The position numbers and the translations under genes were made by a program. Of a stretch of DNA of 23,542 nt, positions 9,072 to 19,200 are shown in pieces; position 1 is the stretch's first letter, and the number at the start of each line of letters is the position of its first letter. The notes under the pieces are model-generated. The model worked only from the letters and a program-made list of their open reading frames with translations, ran no database searches and had not been told where the DNA came from. The DNA is from Fibrobacterales bacterium (GTDB taxonomy: Bacteria > Fibrobacterota > Fibrobacteria > Fibrobacterales > JAOPTW01), in assembly GCA_051532035.1 (NCBI GenBank), contig JAOPTW010000043.1, positions 1-23,542 of the forward strand. The letters run 5' to 3'.

Positions 9072-10796
9072 ATGGTAAATTTAGAAATAAACGGAAAACC
9101 AGCTAAAGTTGAAGAAGGTGGACTACTCATCGATGCTATACGCGAAGCGGGCTACGATGTACCAACTCTTTGCCACATGAAAGATAAAACACCAACAGGC
9201 GCATGTAGAATGTGTGTTGTTGAAGTAGAGGGTGCACGTGGACTTATTCCTAGTTGTTCATACCCTGTAAATGAAGGTATGAAAGTCCAAACCCATACCC
9301 CTAAAGCAGAACAAGCACGTAAAACTATTGTTGAGCTCTTGTTGTCTCGTCACCCGAATGACTGTCTTTATTGCGTTCGTTCAGGTAACTGTGATCTCCA
9401 GAGTCTAGCAGTTGAGTACGGCGTTCGTGAGAAGTCATTCGCTGGTAAACCAATGGGTAACCACATTGATCAATCATCTGCATCAATCACTCGTGAACCA
9501 GACAAATGTGTTTTGTGTGGTAAATGTGTACGCGTGTGTGAAGAAGATCAAGCTGTTTCGGCTCTTGACTTTATCAACCGTGGATCGGAAACAATTGTGG
9601 GATGTGCTTTTGGTGAAAACCTTAATACCTCTAGTTGTATTAACTGTGGTCAGTGTATCTTGGTATGTCCAACAGGTGCACTTTCAGAGAAATCACACAC
9701 AAAACGTGTTATGGAAGCGCTCTACGATCCGGATAAATATGTTGTTATCCAACATGCACCTGCAATTTCAGTAACTATCGCTGAAGCATTTAATGCAAAA
9801 GCAGGTACTGATGTAACTGGTCAACTTGTTGCAACGCTTCGTCAAATGGGATTTGATCAAGTATTTGATACATCGTTTAGTGCTGACCTTACCATTATGG
9901 AAGAAGGATCTGAACTGGTACATCGTATTAAAAATGGTGGAAAACTACCAATGATGACATCGTGTTCACCAGGGTGGATTAAATTTGTAGAGCAGTTCTA
10001 CCCAGATATGATTGATAACCTCTCTACTTGTAAATCTCCACAAGAGATGATGGGTGCGATCATCAAATCATATTTTGCTGAAAAGAATAACATACCTCCT
10101 GAAAAAATATTCAGTGTATCGGTTATGCCGTGTACTGCTAAGAAATTTGAGTCTGAACGTCCAGAGCTTATGGATGCAAAACATAATCCTGATCTCGATG
10201 CGGTACTCACAACACGTGAACTTGCAGATCTTATTAAAATGAAAGGTATCAATTTCGAAGATATGCCTTCATCTGAACCAGATTTACCATTTGGTGAGCG
10301 TTCATCCGCTGGTAAACTTTTTGGTGCTACTGGTGGCGTTATGGAAGCGGCAATTCGTTCTGCGCATTTCCTCATTACTGGTGAAGAAATGGTTGAACCT
10401 GAGGTTGAGGCTGTCCGTGGATTTGATGGAATCAAAAGAGCAACAGTAAAAATTGGTGATCTTTCACTTAATGTAGCTGTGGTAAGTGGTACTAATAATG
10501 CACGTGACCTTCTTGATAAGATCCGTAAAGGTGAAGAAGAAATTCACTTTATGGAAGTGATGACGTGTCATGGTGGATGTATTAACGGTGGCGGACAGAT
10601 TTTTGACCTTGATAAGGATAAAGTCGTTGAACGTATGGGTGCACTCTATAAAATTGATAAAGAGAGTAAGGTACGTTGTTCACACAATAATGAGTCGATT
10701 CAGAAACTGTATGAAGATTATCTTGAGAAGCCTTTGAGTCATAAATCTCATGAGCTTTTGCATACGTCATATAATAAAAGAGAAGTGTTGAAATAG
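9072..10796 (+). CDS. hydA: Group A3 [FeFe]-hydrogenase catalytic subunit (HydA/HndD)
   Basis: H-cluster motifs TSCSPGW, MPCTAKKFE, EVMTCHGGCINGGGQ; N-terminal [2Fe-2S] (CH...GACRMC...SC), His-ligated cluster (HPNDCLYC...C) and 2x[4Fe-4S]; C-terminal SHELLHTSY; RBS GAGG. Confidence 0.96.
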   Translation: MVNLEINGKPAKVEEGGLLIDAIREAGYDVPTLCHMKDKTPTGACRMCVVEVEGARGLIPSCSYPVNEGMKVQTHTPKAEQARKTIVELLLSRHPNDCLYCVRSGNCDLQSLAVEYGVREKSFAGKPMGNHIDQSSASITREPDKCVLCGKCVRVCEEDQAVSALDFINRGSETIVGCAFGENLNTSSCINCGQCILVCPTGALSEKSHTKRVMEALYDPDKYVVIQHAPAISVTIAEAFNAKAGTDVTGQLVATLRQMGFDQVFDTSFSADLTIMEEGSELVHRIKNGGKLPMMTSCSPGWIKFVEQFYPDMIDNLSTCKSPQEMMGAIIKSYFAEKNNIPPEKIFSVSVMPCTAKKFESERPELMDAKHNPDLDAVLTTRELADLIKMKGINFEDMPSSEPDLPFGERSSAGKLFGATGGVMEAAIRSAHFLITGEEMVEPEVEAVRGFDGIKRATVKIGDLSLNVAVVSGTNNARDLLDKIRKGEEEIHFMEVMTCHGGCINGGGQIFDLDKDKVVERMGALYKIDKESKVRCSHNNESIQKLYEDYLEKPLSHKSHELLHTSYNKREVLK

Positions 10797-10814
10797 CACT
10801 ATTTAATTGAACTC

Positions 10815-12839
10815 ATGGCGAAACCGCAAAGTATAATATATACGGTCCCCGACGCTTGTAGAGTCTGCTTTACATGCGTACGGGAATGTCCGGTAAAGGC
10901 GATCAAAGTTGAAGATGGCCAAGCACAGATTGTGTCGGATCGATGTATTTTGTGTGGAAATTGTGTTATGGTTTGCAGTCAAAACGCCAAACAATTTCAG
11001 AGTATCTCCGATCACCTCGGAGATATTCTTGATACAAAACAAAAAGTTATCGCTATCGTAGCGCCAAGCTTTCCTGCTGAATTTGAAGAACTTTCTCTCG
11101 AACAATTTGTTGGTTCCCTTAAAGCAATAGGATTTGACTATGTAGTCGAAACTGCTTTTGGTGCAGATCTCGTTGCAGAAGAGTATCGCAAAGAGTATGA
11201 GCGGGTTAAAAAAGTTAATGCTGAATCAACAAATAAGAACGAGATTCTTATTTCTACTTCGTGCCCTGCAGTGGTATCATATGTTGAAAAATATGTGCCA
11301 GAGCTTGTAGAAAATTTGGCAAAGATTGTATCTCCTATGGTCGCTACTGCTCATGTCGCTCAAAAGATTTATGGAGAAAAAGCACAGATTGTATTTATTG
11401 GACCTTGCATTGCCAAAAAAGCTGAAGCAATGTTTGATGATTCACATTCAATTAAAGCGGTACTTACCTTTAAAGAGCTTCGTGAGCTCTTTGATAAATC
11501 AAAGTTAGAGCCAGAGGATATTGTCGAACAAGATTTTGACCCTCCGTTCTCCTACAAGGGTGCACTTTTTCCTATTACACGTGGCCTTCCACGGGCTTCA
11601 TCTTTAAACATGATTGATAGTGGTATTGTCTCTATAGATGGGAAAAATAATTTAGCACAATTTTTTAAAGAGCTTACAGAGTCAACGATAGAAGATATTC
11701 AGTATGTTGATGCGCTTTGTTGTGAAGGCTGTATGATGGGTCCTGGAATGACATCAAAGAGTTCCAAGACAAAGCGTAATGGCCTTATATCGAAATATGC
11801 AAAGCGGCGTATTTCGAACAAGCATTTTGCTGAACATAAAAAAGAAATGAAAGAGTATATAGATATACCTCTGAAGACTTCCTTTTCTGTAAATGATCAA
11901 CGGATTGAGATTCCTTCGGCAGAAGTGTTGAAGAAAATACTTAATGATATGGGTAAGTTTGATCCACTCGATGAGCTTAATTGTGGAGCGTGTGGGTATG
12001 CAACGTGTATTGACCATGCGATTGCTATTCACAAAGATCTGGCCGAAGATGCTATGTGCCTTCCTTATACTATAGATAAACTGAGGAAGACTGCAGATGA
12101 GTTGAGTAACTCAAATGTTCAACTCAAAGAAACTCAAGAAGCACTGCAGCATAGCGAGAAGATGGCAAGTATGGGTCGGTTGTCAGCTGGAATTGCCCAT
12201 GAGATCAATAACCCTCTAGGTGTTATTCTTCTCTATTCAAATCTATTGCTTGAAGAATGTGAAAAATACCCTGGGTTTCAAGACGACCTCGAAATGATTA
12301 TTGAACAGACTCAGGTGTGTCAAAAAATTGTTGGAGGACTTCTCAACTTTTCACATAAAGATAGAATAAGATTCGAAGAAGTTAATGTTGTGTCGGTAGT
12401 CGAAAAGGCCTCCCGTTCATTACTAAAACCAAATGACATATTTTTTGTTAAACAATTCCCTGAGACAGATGCGATGGTTGAACTCGATACGTTACAAATG
12501 TCTCAAGTAATAACAAATATTATTAATAACGCAATGGAAGTGATGCCCGACGGTGGCGAAATTGGGTTGAAAGTACTACCGGGTGAAGAAAATGTACGTA
12601 TAGAGATCGTAGATTCTGGCCCAGGAATCGAGTCAAGTATAAGTTCGCGAATATTTGAACCGTTTTTTACGACTAAAACTATAGGGCAAGGCACTGGTCT
12701 TGGACTTGCAGTCTCTTATGGAATAGTTAAAAACCACAAAGGAACTATTTCCTTTGATAGCAATACTGATTTTACAAAAGGCCGAACTGGAACTACATTT
12801 ACAATAAGTATTCCAGTGAAGCAGAGTGACTTACCTTAA
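10815..12839 (+). CDS. Putative sensory [FeFe]-hydrogenase fused to a histidine kinase (group C1-like)
   Basis: N-terminal 2x[4Fe-4S] (CRVCFTCVRECP, CILCGNCVMVC); divergent H-cluster motifs ISTSCPAVV, GPCIAKKAE, LCCEGCMMGPG; FeS domain NCGACGYATC...MC; H-box AGIAHEINNPL; HATPase N, G1, F and G2 boxes (NIINNA, DSGPGI, IFEPFFTTK, GTGLGL). Confidence 0.9.
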   Translation: MAKPQSIIYTVPDACRVCFTCVRECPVKAIKVEDGQAQIVSDRCILCGNCVMVCSQNAKQFQSISDHLGDILDTKQKVIAIVAPSFPAEFEELSLEQFVGSLKAIGFDYVVETAFGADLVAEEYRKEYERVKKVNAESTNKNEILISTSCPAVVSYVEKYVPELVENLAKIVSPMVATAHVAQKIYGEKAQIVFIGPCIAKKAEAMFDDSHSIKAVLTFKELRELFDKSKLEPEDIVEQDFDPPFSYKGALFPITRGLPRASSLNMIDSGIVSIDGKNNLAQFFKELTESTIEDIQYVDALCCEGCMMGPGMTSKSSKTKRNGLISKYAKRRISNKHFAEHKKEMKEYIDIPLKTSFSVNDQRIEIPSAEVLKKILNDMGKFDPLDELNCGACGYATCIDHAIAIHKDLAEDAMCLPYTIDKLRKTADELSNSNVQLKETQEALQHSEKMASMGRLSAGIAHEINNPLGVILLYSNLLLEECEKYPGFQDDLEMIIEQTQVCQKIVGGLLNFSHKDRIRFEEVNVVSVVEKASRSLLKPNDIFFVKQFPETDAMVELDTLQMSQVITNIINNAMEVMPDGGEIGLKVLPGEENVRIEIVDSGPGIESSISSRIFEPFFTTKTIGQGTGLGLAVSYGIVKNHKGTISFDSNTDFTKGRTGTTFTISIPVKQSDLP

Positions 12840-12854
12840 ATAGATGGAGAAACC

Positions 12855-13250
12855 ATGGCAGATATAAATGCAACCATACTTGTAATAGATGATGATGAAG
12901 ATGTAAGAATTCAAGCACGGATGTTCCTGGAATCAGAGGGGTATACCGTGATTGAGGCGGCATCCGAAGTTGAAGGACTTGCTGTAATTGAGAAAGGTGG
13001 ATTTGACCTTGCGATAGTCGATCTTATGATGGAGAATAAAGATAGTGGTTTTATTCTTGCTCATAGAGTTAAAAAACAGAATCCAGAAATACCTGTAATC
13101 ATGGTTACTGCGGTGACAAATGAAACGAGTATTCATTTTGAGGCAACAACGCGTCAAGAGAAAGAGTGGATTAAAGTTGATTCATTTCTCGAGAAAAAAA
13201 TCCGTAAAGAGCAACTTCTTCGTGAAGTGACCATATTGTTAGATAAATAG
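12855..13250 (+). CDS. Single-domain response regulator (receiver only)
   Basis: LVIDDDED acidic pocket, DLAIVDLMM phosphoacceptor, IMVTA, FLEK; 131 aa; RBS GGAG. Confidence 0.9.
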   Translation: MADINATILVIDDDEDVRIQARMFLESEGYTVIEAASEVEGLAVIEKGGFDLAIVDLMMENKDSGFILAHRVKKQNPEIPVIMVTAVTNETSIHFEATTRQEKEWIKVDSFLEKKIRKEQLLREVTILLDK

Positions 13251-13259
13251 TTTTAAATT

Positions 13260-13295
13260 CTACCCAATAATGGTATCATTGTTGGGTAGTTGTTT
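13260..13295 (+). terminator. Probable intrinsic terminator or intra-operon hairpin
   Basis: 13-bp stem CTACCCAATAATG / CATTGTTGGGTAG (one G-U pair), loop GTAT, then TTGTTT; begins 10 nt after the receiver stop. Confidence 0.55.
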
Positions 13296-13320
13296 GGAAG
13301 TGTTTTAGTATAGGTAGTGT

Positions 13321-14448
13321 GTGATTACTCTTCAAGTTCTTGTATGTGATGATGAATTCGGAATGCGTATTGGTATCGAAAGATCCTTACGAAATTTTAC
13401 ACTACCCTTAAAAGAACTATCTTCTGATGTCGGTTTCTCTATTACTACTGTTGCTTCTGGTGAAGAGGCAGTTGAGAAGCTTAAATATCAACCATTCGAT
13501 ATACTTATTCTCGACCATAAATTGCCTGGTATTCAGGGGATAGAAGTATTGCATATCGCAAATGAATTAGAAAATAAGCCGTTAACAATAATCGCTACTG
13601 CGTTTGCAACTATTGATGCAGCAATAAGTGCCACTAAGAATGGTGCTTTTGATTTCATTTCAAAGCCTTTTACTCCCGAAGAACTACGGAGTAGAATTAC
13701 TAAGGCCGCGAAAAGTATTATTCTCCTAAGAAAAGCCAAACAGTTAGAGCAAGAGAAAAGACAAGTGAGATTTCAGTTTATCTCGGTGCTTGGTCATGAG
13801 CTCAAAGCTCCCCTTGCTGCTGTTGAAGGGTATCTTGACATCATGAAGAGCCGTGCTGTAGGTGAGGATATTGCGAGCTATGAAACTATGATTGATCGAT
13901 CAATTATACGCCTCACTGGCATGCGTAAAATGATTCTTGATCTACTTGATTTGACACGGCTTGAATCGGGAAATAAAGTACGCACTTTTGAAGATATTGA
14001 TATGGTTGAACAGGCACAAGGTTCCCTTGATAGTGTGGCCCTTGATTGTCGTGAAAGAAATATAAATATTACTCTGCATGTACCTGATACGCTCCCTTTC
14101 CGGGCTGATTCGGTAGAGATGCAAATTGTATTGAATAATCTCGTAACTAACTCTGTGAAATACAACAAAGATGGTGGGACGGTTGATCTCACTTTGACTC
14201 CAATAGATAATGGTGTTCAAATTGTCTGTAAAGATAGTGGTATCGGAATGTCTGAGAAGGATTTGAAAGGATTGTTCAAAGAGTTTTCACGAGTAAAAAA
14301 TGAAAAAACAAAAAATGTATTAGGAAGTGGACTCGGGCTTTCGATACTTCAAAAAATATCAGATCTCTACAATGGGTCTATTGATGTGACTAGTGAAGAG
14401 GATATTGGTACAACGTTCTCTCTTACTCTCATTAATGCAGAGGGCTAG
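13321..14448 (+). CDS. Hybrid receiver-histidine kinase (REC-HisKA-HATPase_c), cytoplasmic
   Basis: VLVCDDE, DILILDHKLP, IIATAF, FISKPF receiver motifs; H-box LGHELKAPL; NNLVTNSVKY, DSGIGM, GSGLGL. GTG start; no transmembrane segment. Confidence 0.9.
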   Translation: MITLQVLVCDDEFGMRIGIERSLRNFTLPLKELSSDVGFSITTVASGEEAVEKLKYQPFDILILDHKLPGIQGIEVLHIANELENKPLTIIATAFATIDAAISATKNGAFDFISKPFTPEELRSRITKAAKSIILLRKAKQLEQEKRQVRFQFISVLGHELKAPLAAVEGYLDIMKSRAVGEDIASYETMIDRSIIRLTGMRKMILDLLDLTRLESGNKVRTFEDIDMVEQAQGSLDSVALDCRERNINITLHVPDTLPFRADSVEMQIVLNNLVTNSVKYNKDGGTVDLTLTPIDNGVQIVCKDSGIGMSEKDLKGLFKEFSRVKNEKTKNVLGSGLGLSILQKISDLYNGSIDVTSEEDIGTTFSLTLINAEG

Positions 14449-14468
14449 GGCACTCCCTTTTTATAGAT

Positions 14469-14497
14469 AAAAAAAGGCCTGTATTACTACAGGCCTT
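14469..14497 (-). terminator. Intrinsic terminator between convergent genes
   Basis: Perfect 10-bp stem AAGGCCTGTA-ttac-TACAGGCCTT (14474-14497) with an A-run on its left, which reads as a U-tail on the minus strand; about 20 nt after the 14519 stop. Confidence 0.8.
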
Positions 14498-14518
14498 ACA
14501 TAATTCATGGTTTATGAA

Positions 14519-15247
14519 CTAGTCTTCGAAACGGAGCTCATCAAGCTTCACTGTACCATCTGTAGAAATGATTACAATCTGGTGAACCTTTGAGAGGTCA
14601 TTGTCTCTAGAGCCTTCATAGTCATTCTCATCAACATGAAATTGATGCGCTGGATCGAGCATGTCATCAAAGTCAATCGAGAATTCTGTAGGAGTATCTG
14701 TAGCGGCTATGGAGTCGGCAAGAATAAATCCGCCCTCTTTTTCATCATAGTTACCTTCCCAGTAAGGAGCGCCTTCTGCATTGTATCCATCAGGAAGTTC
14801 ACCCCACATAAGGCGTACAAAAAACTGTTCATCTGAGGTGTAGGTGAAATTCAAACTATTAGCGCCAGAGAGGTCTATGTACTCTTCTTCAGCAGGTAAA
14901 ATCCATGCTGATTGATCTGATGCATAGGTTATTGAAATAATCTCATGCTCTGCATCAATGGTTGGCTGCTTGTTATTAGGGCCATATGCGCCAAAGTCAT
15001 AGCCATCCATCATTGTTTTATCAAATATAACCTCACCATCAAGGTCAGATGTTGGTGTCTCCGATGAAGTGTCTTCAGAGTCACTACTTTCAGCTGCACT
15101 GTCTGTATCGCTTATAGCACTACTTTCGTCTTCTGTAGCTGAGCTGGTTGCATCTGAACTATTTGTAGATTCTAGTTCAGTGTTGTCGGCAACGCAACCA
15201 ATAAAGAAGGTTAGGGCTACTGCTGTTGTAATAAGTAATTTTTTCAT
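14519..15247 (-). CDS. Lipoprotein with Ser/Thr/Asp/Glu-rich linker and a probable carbohydrate-binding beta-sandwich (CBM11/CIA30-like)
   Basis: Start reassigned to MKKLLITTAVALTFFIGC (lipobox FIG-C); low-complexity linker; C-terminal IDLSGANSLNFTY...FSIDFDDM...DLSKVHQIVI...GTVKLDELRF resembles the CBM11-type pattern. Domain call is by eye. Confidence 0.6.
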   Translation of the reverse strand: MKKLLITTAVALTFFIGCVADNTELESTNSSDATSSATEDESSAISDTDSAAESSDSEDTSSETPTSDLDGEVIFDKTMMDGYDFGAYGPNNKQPTIDAEHEIISITYASDQSAWILPAEEEYIDLSGANSLNFTYTSDEQFFVRLMWGELPDGYNAEGAPYWEGNYDEKEGGFILADSIAATDTPTEFSIDFDDMLDPAHQFHVDENDYEGSRDNDLSKVHQIVIISTDGTVKLDELRFED

Positions 15248-15342
15248 GTCTATCCCCATGATATATGTGTATGTATAATATACCTTCAATAGCGATGAAG
15301 GCATATTCTGTTTTTTCTGTTTGTTTCTATAAATACTTTAAT

Positions 15343-15361
15343 CTGTTCATTAACTGTTTCA
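15343..15361 (-). promoter_or_regulatory. 19-bp shared upstream motif, copy 1
   Basis: CTGTTCATTAACTGTTTCA (+ strand), 17/19 identical to 19552-19570; about 95 nt upstream of the 15247 start. Confidence 0.5.
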
Positions 15362-15370
15362 GTTTTTGGG

Positions 15371-16240
15371 TTATTTGCGCTTGGAAACGCGTACCCAGTC
15401 GACTAATAGCTCTGCACTTTTAAAGCTTGATGGTGGGTTTATATAATTATCAAATTTGCCCCCAACGGCTAAGTTTAGAATGATAAAGAATTCTTGATCT
15501 TCGTTTCTTTTGTCCTCACCAAAGGGGTTAAGGACAGTTCCGCTATTACTATTAATAGAGATACTATTATACGCAGTGTTATCTACAGTAAAGGTGATAA
15601 GGTCTGTATCCCAAATTATGCCATATACGTGGTAATCTTCTGTGAGATCTACAGGAAAGGTTTCACGTTTACCCATCACAACTACTGACTCCCAGTTTTC
15701 ACCTGAGTGTAGTGCACTAGATGTTTTGTAAGGAAGACGACCCATTGATTCCATGATGTCAATTTCACCACACTTTGGCCAGCTCCAAGAGCTGATGTTT
15801 GCACCGATAAGCCAAAAGGCAGGCCACATGCCATCACCAGAAGGGGTCTTAATGCGTGCCTCTATTTTGCCATACTTGACTGTGTAAAGGTCTGCTGTTT
15901 CAATCTTGCCGGATGTATAGTCACAGCTGCCATAGTGGCAATCGCCAATGCTCTCTTTCTTCGCTGTAATTACTAACGAGCCATCACGAAAGGAGAGGTT
16001 GTCCTCCTGATAATTCTGGCGTTCACCATTTCCCCAGCCCCATTCTCCATTTCCTTCAATTACCTTCCATTGCGAATCATCTAATTCATTGTTGTCAAAA
16101 TCATCTGACCAGACCAGTTCCCAATCACTTCCTACATCATCAATGTTTTCACTTACTTCACTGAGGGTGATTTCGTTACTAGGGGCGCATGCCCCGAGGA
16201 GTATAAGAGAAGATAGGATAGTTGCTACTGTGATATTCAT
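15371..16240 (-). CDS. GH16 endo-beta-1,3(4)-glucanase (laminarinase-type), lipoprotein
   Basis: WELVWSDDF, GWGNGERQNY, YGKIEARIK, MWPAFWLIG, catalytic GEIDIME, FFIILNLAVGG, LVDWVRV; lipobox LGA-C. Confidence 0.93.
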   Translation of the reverse strand: MNITVATILSSLILLGACAPSNEITLSEVSENIDDVGSDWELVWSDDFDNNELDDSQWKVIEGNGEWGWGNGERQNYQEDNLSFRDGSLVITAKKESIGDCHYGSCDYTSGKIETADLYTVKYGKIEARIKTPSGDGMWPAFWLIGANISSWSWPKCGEIDIMESMGRLPYKTSSALHSGENWESVVVMGKRETFPVDLTEDYHVYGIIWDTDLITFTVDNTAYNSISINSNSGTVLNPFGEDKRNEDQEFFIILNLAVGGKFDNYINPPSSFKSAELLVDWVRVSKRK

Positions 16241-16256
16241 ATGTTGGTAATTCCAG

Positions 16257-19200
16257 TTAAATATTTATGGTGATAAAGGTGCGAATGCCTAATTCGTAGT
16301 TGAGTATTTTATGCCATCTATAAATAGTTTCAGAAGCATTTAAATTTTCATCAATTGGGTATTGAATAGTTCTATAAGAGAGCTCTGTACCAATGTACGA
16401 AGACTTGAGGAAGTCAAAAAGAGTTATACGAGAGAACCCGTATTTAACACCGAGCTTTGTTTGAAGTGGATATATCATATTCCATTCAGACATATAATCA
16501 TACGCTCCCCAGTCGTTAATTTTTGCTTCTCCGTTAACGCGCCAATGGTTATAGGCGACATCGATTGATCCACCATATCCATTTATTGCAATGTCAAGTA
16601 CTCCATTTTTACTCTGTTTGTGATCTAAATAGGCCGTTGTAATAATTTTAAGAACAGATAAAGGATTATAAATGGTTCTTAATTTTGCACTGTAGGTGTC
16701 AAAGGGCTCCTGTCCTTTTTCAAAGCTTACAGTATATCCCCGCTTATTGACATAAGAGAAACGGTCTGTTTTACCCGACTGCTGTTTATAAGTGAGGTGG
16801 AGATTGGCTGCTATTAAAGCATCCTCTTCATTTTTCGAGTCAAAAAACCACATTTTGGTATTGGGGGTAGGGTCATAGGTGAGAACAAGTTCGCCACCAA
16901 TGGTTTTTCTACTAAGAGCCATTACAGGTGAAGCCTTAAAGCGAAGTGAATCAGCTAGGCTCTTATCGGTATTTATAGGGCGGTTGTCCCACACTGTTTC
17001 ATATTCAGATCTTCCATAAGCTTCGACTATTGGTGTCTGATACATAAGATTGGGGGCGATCCGTAATGCTCCAATATCATAAGAAAAACCAATTGTAGAA
17101 AGAAATTTATTTGTTCCTCCTTTATCTTTCATAGTCCAGTCGGTAATAGTGTGTTCCCTGTCCCAGCCACTGTATGCAACAGGTCCCATGTATTGAGCGA
17201 GCGCTAAGAATTTTACTCGTCCGTAGTCTCCTAGTGCTTCAATCTTTGCTCCAATACCATCTTGAATTGAAACAGCGGAGGAGTCTACAGGTAGTACAGT
17301 ATCTGTTTCTGCTTGAAACCCCTCACCTATGATTTGAGTAACAAGTTTTTGTGTTTCATATTTTACACCTAATTTTTCAGGGGCGCTATATATAAGCCCC
17401 GCCTTAAGCGTTACTTGGGCTATTTGCTTTTCAAGTGAAAGGGTGTACTGAGATGTTCTAAATGCATTTGCTCCACGGCCAGACTCTTGCATTTGCCCAA
17501 AATCAAATTTTATCATTGGAGTAACCTTCATACCTAAGATTTCTTTTTGGTAAAGGGCGAATAGTGATGGATTTGCACCGTCAACAGCTTTGGGCCCCAC
17601 GGCAACATGCATGCCTTTAAAGAATTGCTTTCCAGTTATTTCTAGTCCATAAGGAACCGTCATATCCCATTTATCAAAGGTGGGGTAGTCATAGGCTTCG
17701 GTGTAGAGGTTGAAAAAATCGCCATAGTGCCCCCAGTGGGTGTGTCCTTGTCTATAGTAGCCATCAATATCGACATTATCGCCAGTGTATTTAAATGAAG
17801 CACGATAGAGTCTTAATGTTTGACTGCGAATTTCGGCATCTTCAATTATAAGATTTTTATTTGGATCATCTGGGTCATCTTGCTGGAGGGTGTCTACCAT
17901 CTCTAAAACAAGTGGTTTGTTTAGAGAGTTATAATCAAATTGATCAAGTTTGAGGGCAGAAACATTTCCAGTGTATCTCAGTTGGGCACTCGCAGATAGT
18001 TTTTCACTTGCATACCCCGTTGCTCCAAAAGTAACCGATTCTTCGGTGTCAAAGTAAAGTGCACTGGTAATCGCTTGGTTTGCAAGGTTTGTTACTGAAT
18101 CGATAAGGTGATTATTCGTATACCCATAAGACGCAAGTGAGATTTCCAAATGATCCATCTGGACTCTACTCGTCTTTTTAAGTTCATACTCAACACGCTT
18201 CACATCATACAGTGCGATATACATCTCTTCACGCATATTGTTAAAAAGTTGATCAACTGCAGTCTCTGTTGTTGATTCAGCATAAGGGTCAAGTCGTGTC
18301 CATGCTTCTTTCATTACATAAAAAGCGGGACGAGGAATAAGTGGACGGGGATCTTGGTCATCCGAAGGGGCAATGGCAACGAGTCCTTGCCACTCCATCA
18401 TATGGTTATTGTGAATGTCGAGTTCCCACTGTTGCCACATGTTAGGGTCCATAGACCAGTCATCCTGCCAACCCATTACTGCACCAACTACTACGCCACT
18501 TTTTTTGCCATAAGTTTCGTTGTAGAGTTCATGAAGTTGACTTTTGACAATTTTGGCTTGTTTGATTGGGTTCTCAGCTTTGATTTTTTCATCCCATGCA
18601 CCATTACCACCAAGGGTAAAGTAGAGAAAAGGTTTTGTAGGTACTTCGTTTTTAAACTGCTCAAAGATGCCACCAGAGATCGGGCCACGAGTAGAGTTGA
18701 CTCCATAAATATCAATAGTGGGGCAGAGACGTTCGATATAGTCAGTAAATGCGATGTCACCATTAACAAGGGTTACCGGGTGGTGCGTATCTGATTGTTT
18801 AATGAGGTTTGTAAAAGTGCCAAAGAGTCCATAAATAACTTCTGCTTTTGCGGCTTGTGCATCATCTTGCGATAGTTTGTTTATGCGTGGATTACTCCAG
18901 CCCCAACCCCAGTTGTGTGAACTACCAATTGCATAACTCAAAAATCCTTGAGTGTCTTTGTAGTCCTGGATAATCTTTGTGATCTCTGTTGTAAGAAGGC
19001 TTTGTACCAGAGGAGATTCGAAATCAGGATTTGCATTCCACGTGCTATTATACGTCATGCCCCAGCGTCCCATCTCCCAGTGGACAATAGTCATGATTTT
19101 AAACTTTTTGTATACATAGGTGACCCATTTGGTAGGGATTCCAGGAGAGGTGACAATAGCAGTTGCTCCCGACTCTTGAAGGAGTCGCATGTCATGGGTT

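Noticed and set aside
6591..10796. Respiratory complex I nuoEFG
   Set aside because: The third subunit has H-cluster motifs and no membrane nuo genes are present.
13271..13285. Sigma54-like TGGTAT-N5-TTGG
   Set aside because: Lacks the conserved -12 GC and is better explained as part of the hairpin.
14447..14462. AGGG-cact-CCCT followed by a T-run, as a plus-strand terminator
   Set aside because: A 4-bp stem is too weak to support a call.
15248..15304. ORF-track N-terminal extension of the lipoprotein
   Set aside because: MKKLL at 15247 gives a canonical lipoprotein signal peptide, which the extension would disrupt.
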